64,000 nt of DNA, from contig CAVWSH010000001.1 of assembly GCA_963757775.1 (NCBI GenBank), positions 494,803 through 558,802 of the forward strand, read 5' to 3'. Of the stretch, positions 26,914 to 37,843 are shown piece after piece. The position numbers and the translations under genes were made by a program. A model generated the notes under the pieces. That model did no database searches and was not told where the DNA came from. It saw only the letters and a list, made by a program, of their open reading frames with translations. Within the stretch, counting starts at the first letter, position 1, and every line of letters begins with the position of its first letter. The DNA is from Paraconexibacteraceae bacterium. Lineage in GTDB: Bacteria > Actinomycetota > Thermoleophilia > Solirubrobacterales > Solirubrobacteraceae.

Positions 26914-28194
26914 TTGCCACTCCACGTCCCGCGCGCCGCACCCGACCGTCCCCATTGGGGCGCCCACGTGATCCGGGCCGCGCACGCGGCCGGCATCGCC
27001 GTGCTGCTCGCGATCGCCCTCACCTCCACGGGCTGCGGCGGGGGCAAGCACTGGACCGCGCGCGACGTCCCCCAGGAGTACCCGACGATCCAGGCGGCCG
27101 TCGACGCCGCGCAACCCGGCGACCTCGTGCGCGTCGGCCCCGGCACCTACCGCGAGCAGGTGGTGGTCGGGCCGGGCAAGCGCGACATCGTCATCCGCGG
27201 GACCGACCGCAACCGCGTCATCCTCGACGGCGGCGGGGGCACGCGCTTCAACGGCATCGCGGTGCACGCCAACGGCATCGCCGTCGAGAACCTCACCGTC
27301 CGCGGCTACGCCTCCGACGGCATCGTCTTCACCCCGCCCAGGGACGTGCCCGACCAGCTCAACGGCTGGCGGGCGAGCTTCGTCACCGCCGCCGACAACG
27401 GCCTGCACGGGATCGAGGCGCTGCGCGCGCGCGGAGGCACCATCGACCACGTCCTCGCCTCGGGCCACGGCGCCGCCGGCTTTCGCATCGGCAACTGCCG
27501 GCCGTGCGACTCGCTGGTCACCGACAGCGTGGCCGAGCGCGGCATGGCCGGCTTCGAGGGCTCGGACTCCGGCGGCAACGTCGTCGTCGCGCACTCGCTC
27601 TTCCGCCAGAACCGCGTCGGCGTGCTGCTCGTCTCCGCCGGCGAGGAGCCGCCCTTCCACCAGCAGGACACGACGGTCGTCGGCAACGTGATCGAGGACA
27701 ACGCCAACGCCTTCGCGCCCGGGCGCGGCGAGGGCTTCGGCGTGGGCGTCCTCGTGCGCGGCGGGCGCCGCGACGGGCTGGCGCGCAACCGCATCACGGG
27801 CCATCCCGGAGCCGGCGTGCTGCTCACGGCCTCCGACGACGCGCCGGCCGCCGAGGACAGCGTGCAGGGCAACGTCCTGCAGGACAACGGCGTCGACCTC
27901 GCGCTCGCCCCGCGCGCCGGGCAGCGCACCTCGAAGGGCTCGTGCTTCGCCCAGAACCGCTTCCGCACCTCGCTGCCGAGCAACATCGAGAAGGCGCTGC
28001 CGTGCCAATCCGACGTCCCGCTGCGCGCGACCGACCCGACGCTGCCGATGGCCCCGCCGGGCGACGACTGGCGCACCGTGCGCCTACCCGCGCCGCAGCC
28101 CTCGCTGCCCGACGCGGACACGGTCAAGCCCAAGCCGGCGCGCCGCCCGGGGCGCATCGACGTGGCCCGCGTGGGCGTCCCTGATCAGGGCTGA
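26914..28194 (+). CDS. Secreted/lipoprotein right-handed parallel beta-helix repeat protein (NosD/pectate-lyase fold)
   Basis: Signal-like IAVLLAIALTSTGCGGG. Repeated ~22-aa beta-helix turns (GIAVHANGIAVENLTVRG, GVLLVSAG, GVGVLVRGG, GAGVLLTAS). Alternative GTG start at 26968. Confidence 0.7.
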   Translation: MPLHVPRAAPDRPHWGAHVIRAAHAAGIAVLLAIALTSTGCGGGKHWTARDVPQEYPTIQAAVDAAQPGDLVRVGPGTYREQVVVGPGKRDIVIRGTDRNRVILDGGGGTRFNGIAVHANGIAVENLTVRGYASDGIVFTPPRDVPDQLNGWRASFVTAADNGLHGIEALRARGGTIDHVLASGHGAAGFRIGNCRPCDSLVTDSVAERGMAGFEGSDSGGNVVVAHSLFRQNRVGVLLVSAGEEPPFHQQDTTVVGNVIEDNANAFAPGRGEGFGVGVLVRGGRRDGLARNRITGHPGAGVLLTASDDAPAAEDSVQGNVLQDNGVDLALAPRAGQRTSKGSCFAQNRFRTSLPSNIEKALPCQSDVPLRATDPTLPMAPPGDDWRTVRLPAPQPSLPDADTVKPKPARRPGRIDVARVGVPDQG

Positions 28195-28199
28195 CGGGC

Positions 28200-28703
28200 T
28201 CAGTGGACGAGGACCTTCAGCAGCACGATCAGTAGGCCGAGGGCGCCGTTGACGATGCCCACGACGGCGACTCCGACCCCCGAGAGGTTCAGGCGGCGCC
28301 CGGCGAGGATGCCGTAGCCGAACAGCTCGGCGACGCCGACGCAGATGGCGATGGTCACCGCGGTGTGGGTCTCCACGAGCCCGATGACCCCCAGCAGCAG
28401 GCAGAGCACGGGCAGCAGCGACGCCTCGACCAGAGGCCACTCGCCGCGCGCCGCGGTGGCGACGTTGGCGAGCGTCGGCACCCCCGACCCGCCCTCCACG
28501 CGATTGCCGAGCACCTCCGCGTACACGTGGGCGACCCAGAACACGAAGGTCGTCGCCAACACGCCCGCGATGAGCTGCGCCGAGGTCACGCTGTCGTCGT
28601 GCGAGAGGGCCGTGATGACGGCCATCACGAGGATCGTCCCGTAGATCGCGCGCGCGGGGTTCGCGTGCTCGGCGGCCAGCGGATGTGGAGGGGTGTCGCT
28701 CAT
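28200..28703 (-). CDS. Hypothetical integral membrane protein (167 aa)
   Basis: Starts at MSDTPPHP. 4-5 TM helices. No family recognised. Confidence 0.55.
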   Translation of the reverse strand: MSDTPPHPLAAEHANPARAIYGTILVMAVITALSHDDSVTSAQLIAGVLATTFVFWVAHVYAEVLGNRVEGGSGVPTLANVATAARGEWPLVEASLLPVLCLLLGVIGLVETHTAVTIAICVGVAELFGYGILAGRRLNLSGVGVAVVGIVNGALGLLIVLLKVLVH

Positions 28704-28722
28704 GGGCACTAGCTTCCCTGGT

Positions 28723-30561
<1,839 letters not shown>

Positions 30562-30830
30562 CGTTGAACCTCGCGGGCGGTGCGCTGACACCGTCCGTCG
30601 ACGGCCGTTGACGACGAGCGGTAGGAGTGGCTGAATCCTGGCCGCCGCGACGGATCCACGGGCGGCCACATCCATCCTTGAGAGGGGTCGCATAGCAGGG
30701 CCAGCAGGACGCCGATCCCAAGAGACGCGACCGACTGCAACGCGGCCGGCCCGGCCTCGACGCGGTTCGTGCGCGTAGCCGAGGCGCAGGCCTTCGGCGC
30801 CAACTCGTCGGCGCGGGGCTGACCTCACCG

Positions 30831-30880
30831 GTCGAACGTCGGTCCTGCCACGTCAGGGCGTGGCACGACCGACGTTCGAC
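30831..30880. repeat. 50-bp palindromic intergenic element, copy 4
   Basis: GTCGAACGTCGGTC-CTGCCACGTCAGGGCGTGGCAC-GACCGACGTTCGAC. Confidence 0.9.
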
Positions 30881-30945
30881 CTTCGGGAGGCGCGGCCGCC
30901 GGGGTGGGCGGCCGCGCCCGGCCTCGCCGGTAGCGTGCCGCGGCG

Positions 30946-32316
30946 ATGGCGCAGTGGCGCAAGGATTGGCCGGCCGCGGTCGCCGTGGCCGCCCTCGCCG
31001 GCGCGGCGACGCTGGTGCTGCCGGCCACGCTCGGCTACGACGCGTGGGCGTGGACGGTGTGGGGGCGCCAGCTCGCGCATCTCGACCTGGACACCACCGC
31101 CGGGCCGTCGTTCAAGCCGCTGCCGGTCCTGGCCCTCGCGCCGCTGTCGGTCCTCGGCGGCGCGACGCCGGTGGTGTGGATGGGGCTCATGCGCGCCGCG
31201 GCGGTGCTCTCGCTCCTGCTCGCCTACCGTCTCGGCGTTCGGCTGGCCGGCCCGCCGGCCGGAGCGGTCGCCGCGCTCGGCCTCGCGCTGAGCGCCGACC
31301 TCTACCGCACCGCGCTGCTGGGCTCCGCGGAGCCCGTGCTCATCGCGCTCACGCTCGGTGCCGCCGACCGTCACCTGGCCGGCCGGCGCGACTGGGCGCT
31401 CGTCCTCGTCGCGCTGGCCGGGCTCATCCGGCCCGAGGCGTGGGTCCTGCTCGGCGCCTACGGCGTCTTCGTGTGGCTGCGCGAGCCCGGGCTGCGCCCG
31501 CTGGCCGCGGCCGCCGTGATCCTGCCGCCGGTGCTGTGGCTGGGCATGGACTGGATCGGCTCGGGCGACCCATTGCACGCCGGCTCGACCGCGACCTCGG
31601 CCACCGAGGGCAGTGCCGCCAACGCCAAGGTGCCGGCCTTCGAGGTCGTGCGCCGCGCGGCGGACGCGGTCATCCTCCCCACGCTGATCCTCGCCGCCGT
31701 CGCCGTGGCCCTCGCGGTCCGGCGCCGCGATCGGGCGGTCCTGTCGCTCGCCGCGCTGGCCCTGGGCTGGATCGCGGTGGTGGCGATCATGGCCGAGGTC
31801 GGCTTCACCGGCACCCGGCGCTACCTGGCGGCGCCCGCCGCCGCGCTGTGCGTCGTCTCGGGCGTCGGGCTCGTGTGGCTCCTCGACGCCGTCCGCGAGC
31901 GCGGCGCCCGGATCGCGGTGGGGATCGCCGTCGCGCTCCTCGCCCTCGCGCCCGCGCTGCTGCGCGCCCGCGAGGACGCGCGGATGCTCAGCGTCGCGCG
32001 CAGCCAGGCCGACCAGCGCCACGAGCTCGTGCGCGCGGTCGACCGCGCCGGCGGCCGCGCAGTCGTGCTGAACCGGGGACGCCCGGCCGTCAACCCGTGG
32101 CTGCAGACGGCGCTGGCCTGGGAGCTCGACGTGCCGCTGTCGGGGGTGCAGGCGACGTGGTCGTCCTCGCGCCGGCACCCGCATTGGGCTCCGCCGGCGC
32201 TCGTCTTCCGCGCTCCCGCGCGCCTGGCCGGACCGCGTCCGGCCATCCCGAGCGGCGTCCACACCGTGGTCGTCACCCGCTCGGGGCGCTGGCGCGTGCT
32301 GCGCGCCGCGGCGTGA
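30946..32316 (+). CDS. Polytopic membrane protein, GT-C-type (ArnT/PMT-like) glycosyltransferase candidate
   Basis: More than 10 TM helices with an extracytoplasmic C-terminal domain. Assigned by architecture only. Confidence 0.45.
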   Translation: MAQWRKDWPAAVAVAALAGAATLVLPATLGYDAWAWTVWGRQLAHLDLDTTAGPSFKPLPVLALAPLSVLGGATPVVWMGLMRAAAVLSLLLAYRLGVRLAGPPAGAVAALGLALSADLYRTALLGSAEPVLIALTLGAADRHLAGRRDWALVLVALAGLIRPEAWVLLGAYGVFVWLREPGLRPLAAAAVILPPVLWLGMDWIGSGDPLHAGSTATSATEGSAANAKVPAFEVVRRAADAVILPTLILAAVAVALAVRRRDRAVLSLAALALGWIAVVAIMAEVGFTGTRRYLAAPAAALCVVSGVGLVWLLDAVRERGARIAVGIAVALLALAPALLRAREDARMLSVARSQADQRHELVRAVDRAGGRAVVLNRGRPAVNPWLQTALAWELDVPLSGVQATWSSSRRHPHWAPPALVFRAPARLAGPRPAIPSGVHTVVVTRSGRWRVLRAAA

Positions 32317-32335
32317 GCGAGCGCAGGCGCTACCG

Positions 32336-34513
32336 TTGAGGCAGATGGAGCTCGTCGAGGAACGCCCCAACGTCGAGTTGCGGCGTGGGCCCGACGGCCG
32401 CTCGATCGTCGTCCTCTCCTTCCCCTACGACCCGCACATCGTGGCGAGCGTGCGGAGCATTCCGCAGCGGCGCTTCGACTGGGACACGCGCGAGTGGTGG
32501 GCGCCGGTGGACGACTGGGCGGGAGTCCATGTCGCCGAGGTGCTCGAGCGCTTCCCCGAGCTGACCACCAGCGCGCAGGTCGACGCCTGGCTGGCCGCCA
32601 TCGAGCGCCGATGGGTCGGCATCGTCACCACCACGCGCCATGACGGACGCGGCTGGTGGGTCCTGCGCACGCGCGCGGGGACGGTGCCCGAGGCGCTGCT
32701 CGAGGGCGCCATCGAGCGCGAGGACGGCGCCCTGCTGGCGCCGCTCACGGCGGCCGGGGCCGAGGCGCTGGCCGATCTGCGCGGCGGCACCCGCATGGAC
32801 GGCGCCGCGCGGCGCGTCATCGCCTCGCTGGAGCGCGGCGAGGACCCGCCGCCCGCGCGGCTCACCGTGAGCGAGACCGTCGACGGGACCTTCCTGCGCC
32901 TCGAGGTGCTGTGGGATCCCGACGTCGCCGGCGCCTTCGACGCGCTGCCGGGCGCCGTCGGCCCGGGGCACTCGCTGCCGATCGACCCGTGGATCGTCGA
33001 GCCGCTCGACGCGTTCCTCGCCCTGCACGACGTGTCCGTCGACGGCTCGGCGAAGGAGACGCTCGAGGAGCTGCGCGCCGAGCACGACGAGGCGCTGAGC
33101 GAGATTCGCGCCTCGCGCGCGACGAGCGCCGAGCCCATCGCCGAGACCGCCGCCGTGCTCGGAGGCGAGCTCGCGCCCTTCCAGTGGGCGGGAGTGCGCT
33201 ACGTGCTGCGCGCCCGGCGGGCCTTCCTGGCCGACGAGCAGGGCCTGGGCAAGACGGTCGAGGCGCTGGCCGCCCTCGAGGCCGACGACGCCTACCCCGC
33301 GGTCGTGGTCTGCCCCGCGTCGCTGAAGCTCAACTGGGAGCGCGAGACGGCCAAGTGGCTGCCGCACCGCTCGGTCGCGATCATCCAGGGGCGGATGCCC
33401 GTCCCGCCGACGGCCGAGATCACCATCCTCAACTACGAGGTCGTGGCCGCCCACCGCGAGACGCTCGGGCGCATGCGACCGCGCGCGCTGGTCGTCGACG
33501 AGTCGCACCTGTGCAAGAACCCGCAGGCCAAGCGCACCCAGGCCGTGCGGCGCCTGGCCGAGACCGTCGTGCCCGACGGCCTGCGCCTGGCCCTGACCGG
33601 CACGCCCGTGCTCAACCACGCCGAGGAGCTCATCAGCCAGCTGCGCGTGATCGGCCGCCTGGAGGACTTCGGCTCGGGCGCGCGCTTCGCGCGCCAGTTC
33701 CGCGGCCAGCTCTCCGAGGAGCGCCTGCACTGGCATCTGCGCCGGCGCTGCTTCGTGCGCCGCCTGAAGTCCGAGGTCCTTCCCCAGCTGCCGGCCAAGC
33801 GCCAGGTCGTCGTGCCCGTCGCCCTCGACAACGAGCGCGAGTACCGGCTGGCCGAGAACGACGTCATCGCCTGGCTGCGCGAGCAGCCGCTGGACCTGCG
33901 CGAGCTCAACGCCCGCATCGCCGCGACGCTGCGCGCAGAGCGCCTGGCGCAGCTCGGCACGCTGCAGCGCCTGGCCGCCCGCGGCAAGCTCCACGCCGCG
34001 CTGGCGTGGATCCACGACTTCCTCGCCTCGGGCGAGCCGCTCGTGGTCTTCGCCCGCCACATCGAGGTCCAGGAGGCGGTCATGGAGCGCTTCGCCGACG
34101 CGCTGCATCTGCTGGGTCGCGACAAGGCCCCCGACCGCGACGCTTCGGTCCGCGCCTTCCAGGACCCCGGCGGCCCGCAGCTCATCGTCTGCGCGACTCG
34201 CGTCGCCGCCCAGGGGATCACGCTCACGCGCGCGTCGAACGTCGCCTTCCTCGAGCTCGAGTGGACCCCGGCCATGCACGACCAGGCCGAGGACCGCCTG
34301 CACCGCATCGGCCAGCGCGACGCGGTCACCGCCTGGTACCTGCTGGCCGCCGACACGATCGACGAGACCATGGCCCGCCTCATCCACCGCAAGCGCGGCC
34401 TCATCGCCGCGGTGACCGACGGGCGCACCTACGAGAGCGACGGCATGGTCGACGGCGTCGTCCGCGAGCTGCGCGGCGGCAAGCCCTTCCGGCACCTGAA
34501 CACCGTCGTGTAG
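32336..34513 (+). CDS. SNF2-family helicase/ATPase with a HARP-like N-terminal domain
   Basis: LADEQGLGKT (motif I), VVDESH (II), LTGTPVLN (III), QAEDRLHRIGQ (VI). TTG at 32336, alternative ATG at 32345. Confidence 0.9.
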   Translation: MRQMELVEERPNVELRRGPDGRSIVVLSFPYDPHIVASVRSIPQRRFDWDTREWWAPVDDWAGVHVAEVLERFPELTTSAQVDAWLAAIERRWVGIVTTTRHDGRGWWVLRTRAGTVPEALLEGAIEREDGALLAPLTAAGAEALADLRGGTRMDGAARRVIASLERGEDPPPARLTVSETVDGTFLRLEVLWDPDVAGAFDALPGAVGPGHSLPIDPWIVEPLDAFLALHDVSVDGSAKETLEELRAEHDEALSEIRASRATSAEPIAETAAVLGGELAPFQWAGVRYVLRARRAFLADEQGLGKTVEALAALEADDAYPAVVVCPASLKLNWERETAKWLPHRSVAIIQGRMPVPPTAEITILNYEVVAAHRETLGRMRPRALVVDESHLCKNPQAKRTQAVRRLAETVVPDGLRLALTGTPVLNHAEELISQLRVIGRLEDFGSGARFARQFRGQLSEERLHWHLRRRCFVRRLKSEVLPQLPAKRQVVVPVALDNEREYRLAENDVIAWLREQPLDLRELNARIAATLRAERLAQLGTLQRLAARGKLHAALAWIHDFLASGEPLVVFARHIEVQEAVMERFADALHLLGRDKAPDRDASVRAFQDPGGPQLIVCATRVAAQGITLTRASNVAFLELEWTPAMHDQAEDRLHRIGQRDAVTAWYLLAADTIDETMARLIHRKRGLIAAVTDGRTYESDGMVDGVVRELRGGKPFRHLNTVV

Positions 34514-34525
34514 GGCGCCGACACC

Positions 34526-34575
34526 GTCGAACGTCGGTCCTGCCCCCTGTGGAGGGGGTAAAACCGACGTTCGAC
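34526..34575. repeat. 50-bp palindromic intergenic element, copy 5 (between convergent genes)
   Basis: GTCGAACGTCGGTC-CTGCCCCCTGTGGAGGGGGTAA-AACCGACGTTCGAC. Starts 12 nt after the stop at 34513 and ends 13 nt before the stop at 34589. Confidence 0.9.
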
Positions 34576-34588
34576 GTCCTGAGGGCGC

Positions 34589-35455
34589 TCAGAACCCCGT
34601 CAGGCGGTCCTGGCGCGAGTCGTTGAGCGTGAGTGTGAGGGTCGGCGGTGGGATCTCGTGCGTGTCGCTGGTGGGGATCACGGCGGTGCCGACCGAGAAG
34701 TACTCGAGGACGTGCGCGCTCCAGCCGTGGTTGCCCTCGACGAGCTGGACGCCGACGACGCCCTCGGCCTCGAGCGCCTCGGCCTCGGCCTGCATGCGCT
34801 CCATGGCCAGCTCGCGCGCGTCGTAGAGCGCCTGGGTGAAGTTCGGCATCTCCACGTTGCGCCCGACGCGGCGCATCCAGGTCCGCAGGCCTTGGTGGGC
34901 CACGTGGTAGACGCAGGTGCCCATGACCATCCCCACGGGCCGGTAGCCGGCGGAGAGCAGCGTGTAGAAGTCCTGGCCCGAGAGGTCGCTCGTGAAGGGC
35001 CGCCCGTTGGGGGCGCGGTGCAGCTCGCCCTCGCGGTGGCGCACAGCGGTGCCGATGGCTACGAACTCGGCGAGGTCGTTGCCCCACGCGCGCCGGCTGA
35101 CCTCGAGGCGCACGGCGACGATCCCGTCGGCGCCGAGCTGGTCGGCCTCCTCCTCCATGCGCGTCATCGCGAGCTCGCGCGCGTGGTACATGGCCTGGGT
35201 GAGGACGTCCATCTCCTGGTTGCGACTCCACGCCCCCATCTGAAAGCCGATGTGGTAGATCGAGGTGCCGACGACGAGGCCCAGCGGCTCGAAGCCGGCG
35301 GCGCGCACGAGCAGGAACTCGTTGACGGTCAGGTCGCTCGTGAACAGCGAGCGATCGCGCATCCGCTCCAGGCGCTCGCGCCCGTGCTCGGGCACTCCTG
35401 CCGTCGAGGTCGGGTCGTAGGGCTCCGCCTCGTAGGGCTCCTGCTCGTCGCTCAT
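34589..35455 (-). CDS. Tandem double YbjQ/UPF0145 (DUF74, putative heavy-metal-binding) domain protein
   Basis: Two copies of the FTSDL[ST]..EF.L...G..P.G.V.G....H...-...GADG[IV]V.V.L pattern. ATGA overlap with the upstream gene. Confidence 0.7.
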   Translation of the reverse strand: MSDEQEPYEAEPYDPTSTAGVPEHGRERLERMRDRSLFTSDLTVNEFLLVRAAGFEPLGLVVGTSIYHIGFQMGAWSRNQEMDVLTQAMYHARELAMTRMEEEADQLGADGIVAVRLEVSRRAWGNDLAEFVAIGTAVRHREGELHRAPNGRPFTSDLSGQDFYTLLSAGYRPVGMVMGTCVYHVAHQGLRTWMRRVGRNVEMPNFTQALYDARELAMERMQAEAEALEAEGVVGVQLVEGNHGWSAHVLEYFSVGTAVIPTSDTHEIPPPTLTLTLNDSRQDRLTGF

Positions 35456-36261
35456 GGGACCTCCCGGTCCAGTGGTAGGGCGATGTACTTCGCCGGCGCC
35501 GGCGCGTGGTGGCGGACCTCGACGATCGCGGTGCCGAGCACGTGCAGCTCGATGATGAGATCGCGGTAGGTCATCCCGCCGGCGTCGCGGTCGCGCGTCT
35601 GCTCGCTGCGCTCGATCGTCACGCCGACGACGCCGTGAGCGTGCAGCCCGTGGGCCTCGCGGATGACGCGCTCCATGGCCAGCGCCCGCGCGTCGTACAG
35701 GCCCCGCGTGTAGTCGGGCAGCTCCTGGTTCTGGCGACCGGAGAAGAGGCCCGACGACCGCGCCTGCTGCCTGTACCCCGAGACGACGTAGGCCACGGTC
35801 GAGCCCGCGACGAGCCCGACCGGCCAGACGCCATGGCGCACCAGCTTGGCGAAGTCCTGGCCGGAGAGGTGCGAGAGCACCGGCGCGTCCTCGAGCTCGA
35901 AGCGCTCGGAGCGCACCGCGGTGCCGATGGCCACGAACTCGACCAGCCCGGCGGCCCAGTCGTAGCCGCCGCGCTTCAGGCGCAGGCCGACCACCGCATC
36001 GGCGCCCGCGGCGACGGCCTCGTCCCGCAGGCGGCTGAGGGCGAGCGAGCGCGCGTCGTTCCACGCCGCGGTCTGGGTCTCGAGCTCGAAGGTGTCGCCC
36101 TCGCGCATCGATCCGGTCCACCCGAACTGCCCCCACGGCATCGACTGCCACCCCACCTGGTAGAAGCAGCTGCCCATCACCTGCTTGATCGGCGTGAAGC
36201 CGGCCTCGCGGACGACGAAGGCCTCGGCCACGCTCAGATCGGAGCTGAACGGGCGCGCCAT
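35452..36261 (-). CDS. Tandem double YbjQ/UPF0145 domain protein (paralogue)
   Basis: MARPFSSDLSVAEAFVVREAGFTPIKQVMGSCFY... and a second ...LSGQDFAKLVRHGVWPVGLVAGSTV... module. Confidence 0.7.
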   Translation of the reverse strand: MARPFSSDLSVAEAFVVREAGFTPIKQVMGSCFYQVGWQSMPWGQFGWTGSMREGDTFELETQTAAWNDARSLALSRLRDEAVAAGADAVVGLRLKRGGYDWAAGLVEFVAIGTAVRSERFELEDAPVLSHLSGQDFAKLVRHGVWPVGLVAGSTVAYVVSGYRQQARSSGLFSGRQNQELPDYTRGLYDARALAMERVIREAHGLHAHGVVGVTIERSEQTRDRDAGGMTYRDLIIELHVLGTAIVEVRHHAPAPAKYIALPLDREVP

Positions 36262-36647
36262 CAGCCCTCCAGCAGGCGCCCCAGCGCCTGGCGCCCGCGC
36301 TCGCTGCGATCAGCCTCCTCGATCAGGTCCTGCGAGAGCGCCGCGATCCAGGCGTCGAGATCGAGCTCCTGGGTCTTCAGCGCGATCCCGCGGACGACCG
36401 AGCGCCGGCGGCAGGTCACGCGCCCGCGCTCGGGCTCGGCCTCGTAGCGCTGGTCGCCGAGCGTCACCTCGATGCGGCGCACGCGCTTGCGCCCGCCGAA
36501 CAGGCCGCCGCCGGCGCGGTCGACCTCGACCTGGCCGGGCAGCGCCGCCTCGAGCTTGACCGCGAGCGCCTCGACGAACGCCTCGAGGTCGCCGGCGTCG
36601 GCGCGCAGCGAGGCGGCCAGCAGGTCGAGATCGTCGGGGCCGGCCAT
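36261..36647 (-). CDS. Hypothetical protein (128 aa)
   Basis: Start and stop both overlap the neighbouring genes (TGATG). No domain recognised. Confidence 0.5.
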   Translation of the reverse strand: MAGPDDLDLLAASLRADAGDLEAFVEALAVKLEAALPGQVEVDRAGGGLFGGRKRVRRIEVTLGDQRYEAEPERGRVTCRRRSVVRGIALKTQELDLDAWIAALSQDLIEEADRSERGRQALGRLLEG

Positions 36648-37822
36648 CAGCCGCCTCCGCGCGGGGGCGCGATGGCCTGGATCCCGGTGATCTCGCGCCC
36701 GACGATGAGCGACTGGATGCTGTCGGTCCCCTCGAAGGTGAAGACGGCCTCCATGTCGGCATGGTGTCGCGCGACGTGGTGGCGCAGGAGGATCCCGTTG
36801 CCGCCGAGGATGTCGCGCGCGTCGGCCACGATCGCGCGGGCCTTGGCCGCGTGGTTCATCTTGGCCAGCGAGGCCATCCCGGGCGTCAGGCGCTCGTCGC
36901 CCGCCAGCTCGCTCAGGCGCAGGCACAACAGCTGCATGGCGGTGATCTCGCCCACCATGCGGCTGAGCTTGTCCTGCACGAGCTGGAAGGAGGCCAGCGG
37001 ATGCCCGAACTGCTCGCGCTCCTTGGCGTAGGCCAGCGCCGCCTCGTAGGCGGCGAGCGCCACCCCGAGCGCGCGCCACGCCACCGTGTAGCGCGTGAGG
37101 GTCAGCACGCGGGCCACGTCGCGGAACGAGCGACAGTCCGGCAGCCGGCTCTCGGCCGGGACCCGCACGCCGTCCAGGGTGATCTCGGCCTGCCACACCG
37201 CGCGCAGCGAGGTCTTGCCGGTGATGACCTCCGTGTGGAAGCCGGGCGCGCCCTTCTCGACCAGGTATCCGCCCACCTGGCCGTCCTCGCCGCGCGCCCA
37301 GATGATCGTGACGTCGGCGAACGACGCGTTGCCGATCCACTTCTTGGCCCCGTGCAGGACGAACTCGTCGCCCTCGCGCCGCGCGCTCGTCTCCAGCGCG
37401 ACGGCGTCAGAGCCGTGGTCGGGCTCTGTCAAGCCGAAGGCGCCGATCGCCTCCAGCGCGGCCATGCGCGGCAGCCAGCGTTCGCGCTGCTCCTCGGAGC
37501 CGAGCAGGTGGATGGTCTGCATGGCGAGGTTCGAGTGCACACCGAAGAACGTGCCGATGCTCCCGTCGGCGCGGGCCCACTCCATGCTCACGAGGCCCGC
37601 GGCGGTGGCGCTCATGCCCGGGCAGCCGTAGCCGTCGATGACGCCGCCGGCCAGCCCGAGATCGGCGATCTTGGGCACGAGCTCGAACGGGAACTCCGCG
37701 CGCTCCCAGTAGCCGTTGATGATCGGCGTGACCTCGGCATCGCAGAACGCGCGCAGGCGGTCGCGGACCGCGCGCTCCTCGTCGGTCAGGCGCTCGTCGA
37801 GCAGATAGAAATCGGTGGCCAT
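36647..37822 (-). CDS. Acyl-CoA dehydrogenase (glutaryl-CoA dehydrogenase-like)
   Basis: GAFGLTEPDHGSD, KKWIGNA and FEGT..IQSLI blocks; 391 aa. Confidence 0.9.
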   Translation of the reverse strand: MATDFYLLDERLTDEERAVRDRLRAFCDAEVTPIINGYWERAEFPFELVPKIADLGLAGGVIDGYGCPGMSATAAGLVSMEWARADGSIGTFFGVHSNLAMQTIHLLGSEEQRERWLPRMAALEAIGAFGLTEPDHGSDAVALETSARREGDEFVLHGAKKWIGNASFADVTIIWARGEDGQVGGYLVEKGAPGFHTEVITGKTSLRAVWQAEITLDGVRVPAESRLPDCRSFRDVARVLTLTRYTVAWRALGVALAAYEAALAYAKEREQFGHPLASFQLVQDKLSRMVGEITAMQLLCLRLSELAGDERLTPGMASLAKMNHAAKARAIVADARDILGGNGILLRHHVARHHADMEAVFTFEGTDSIQSLIVGREITGIQAIAPPRGGG

Positions 37823-37843
37823 GTGCGGTAGGGAGCCTTCCAC

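Noticed and set aside
26791-28008. Upstream extension of the symporter ORF (track ORF 25135..28008, 957 aa)
   Set aside because: The transporter sequence begins cleanly at MLRLDAS (26790). The extension is low-complexity and antisense to the beta-helix lipoprotein gene.
30831-34575. Composite-transposon-like bracket: repeat copies 4 and 5 flank the membrane-protein and SNF2 genes
   Set aside because: No transposase and no target-site duplication were seen. The other three copies are solitary. Because the element is near-palindromic, orientation cannot be assigned. Coincidental bracketing by a frequent intergenic element is more likely.
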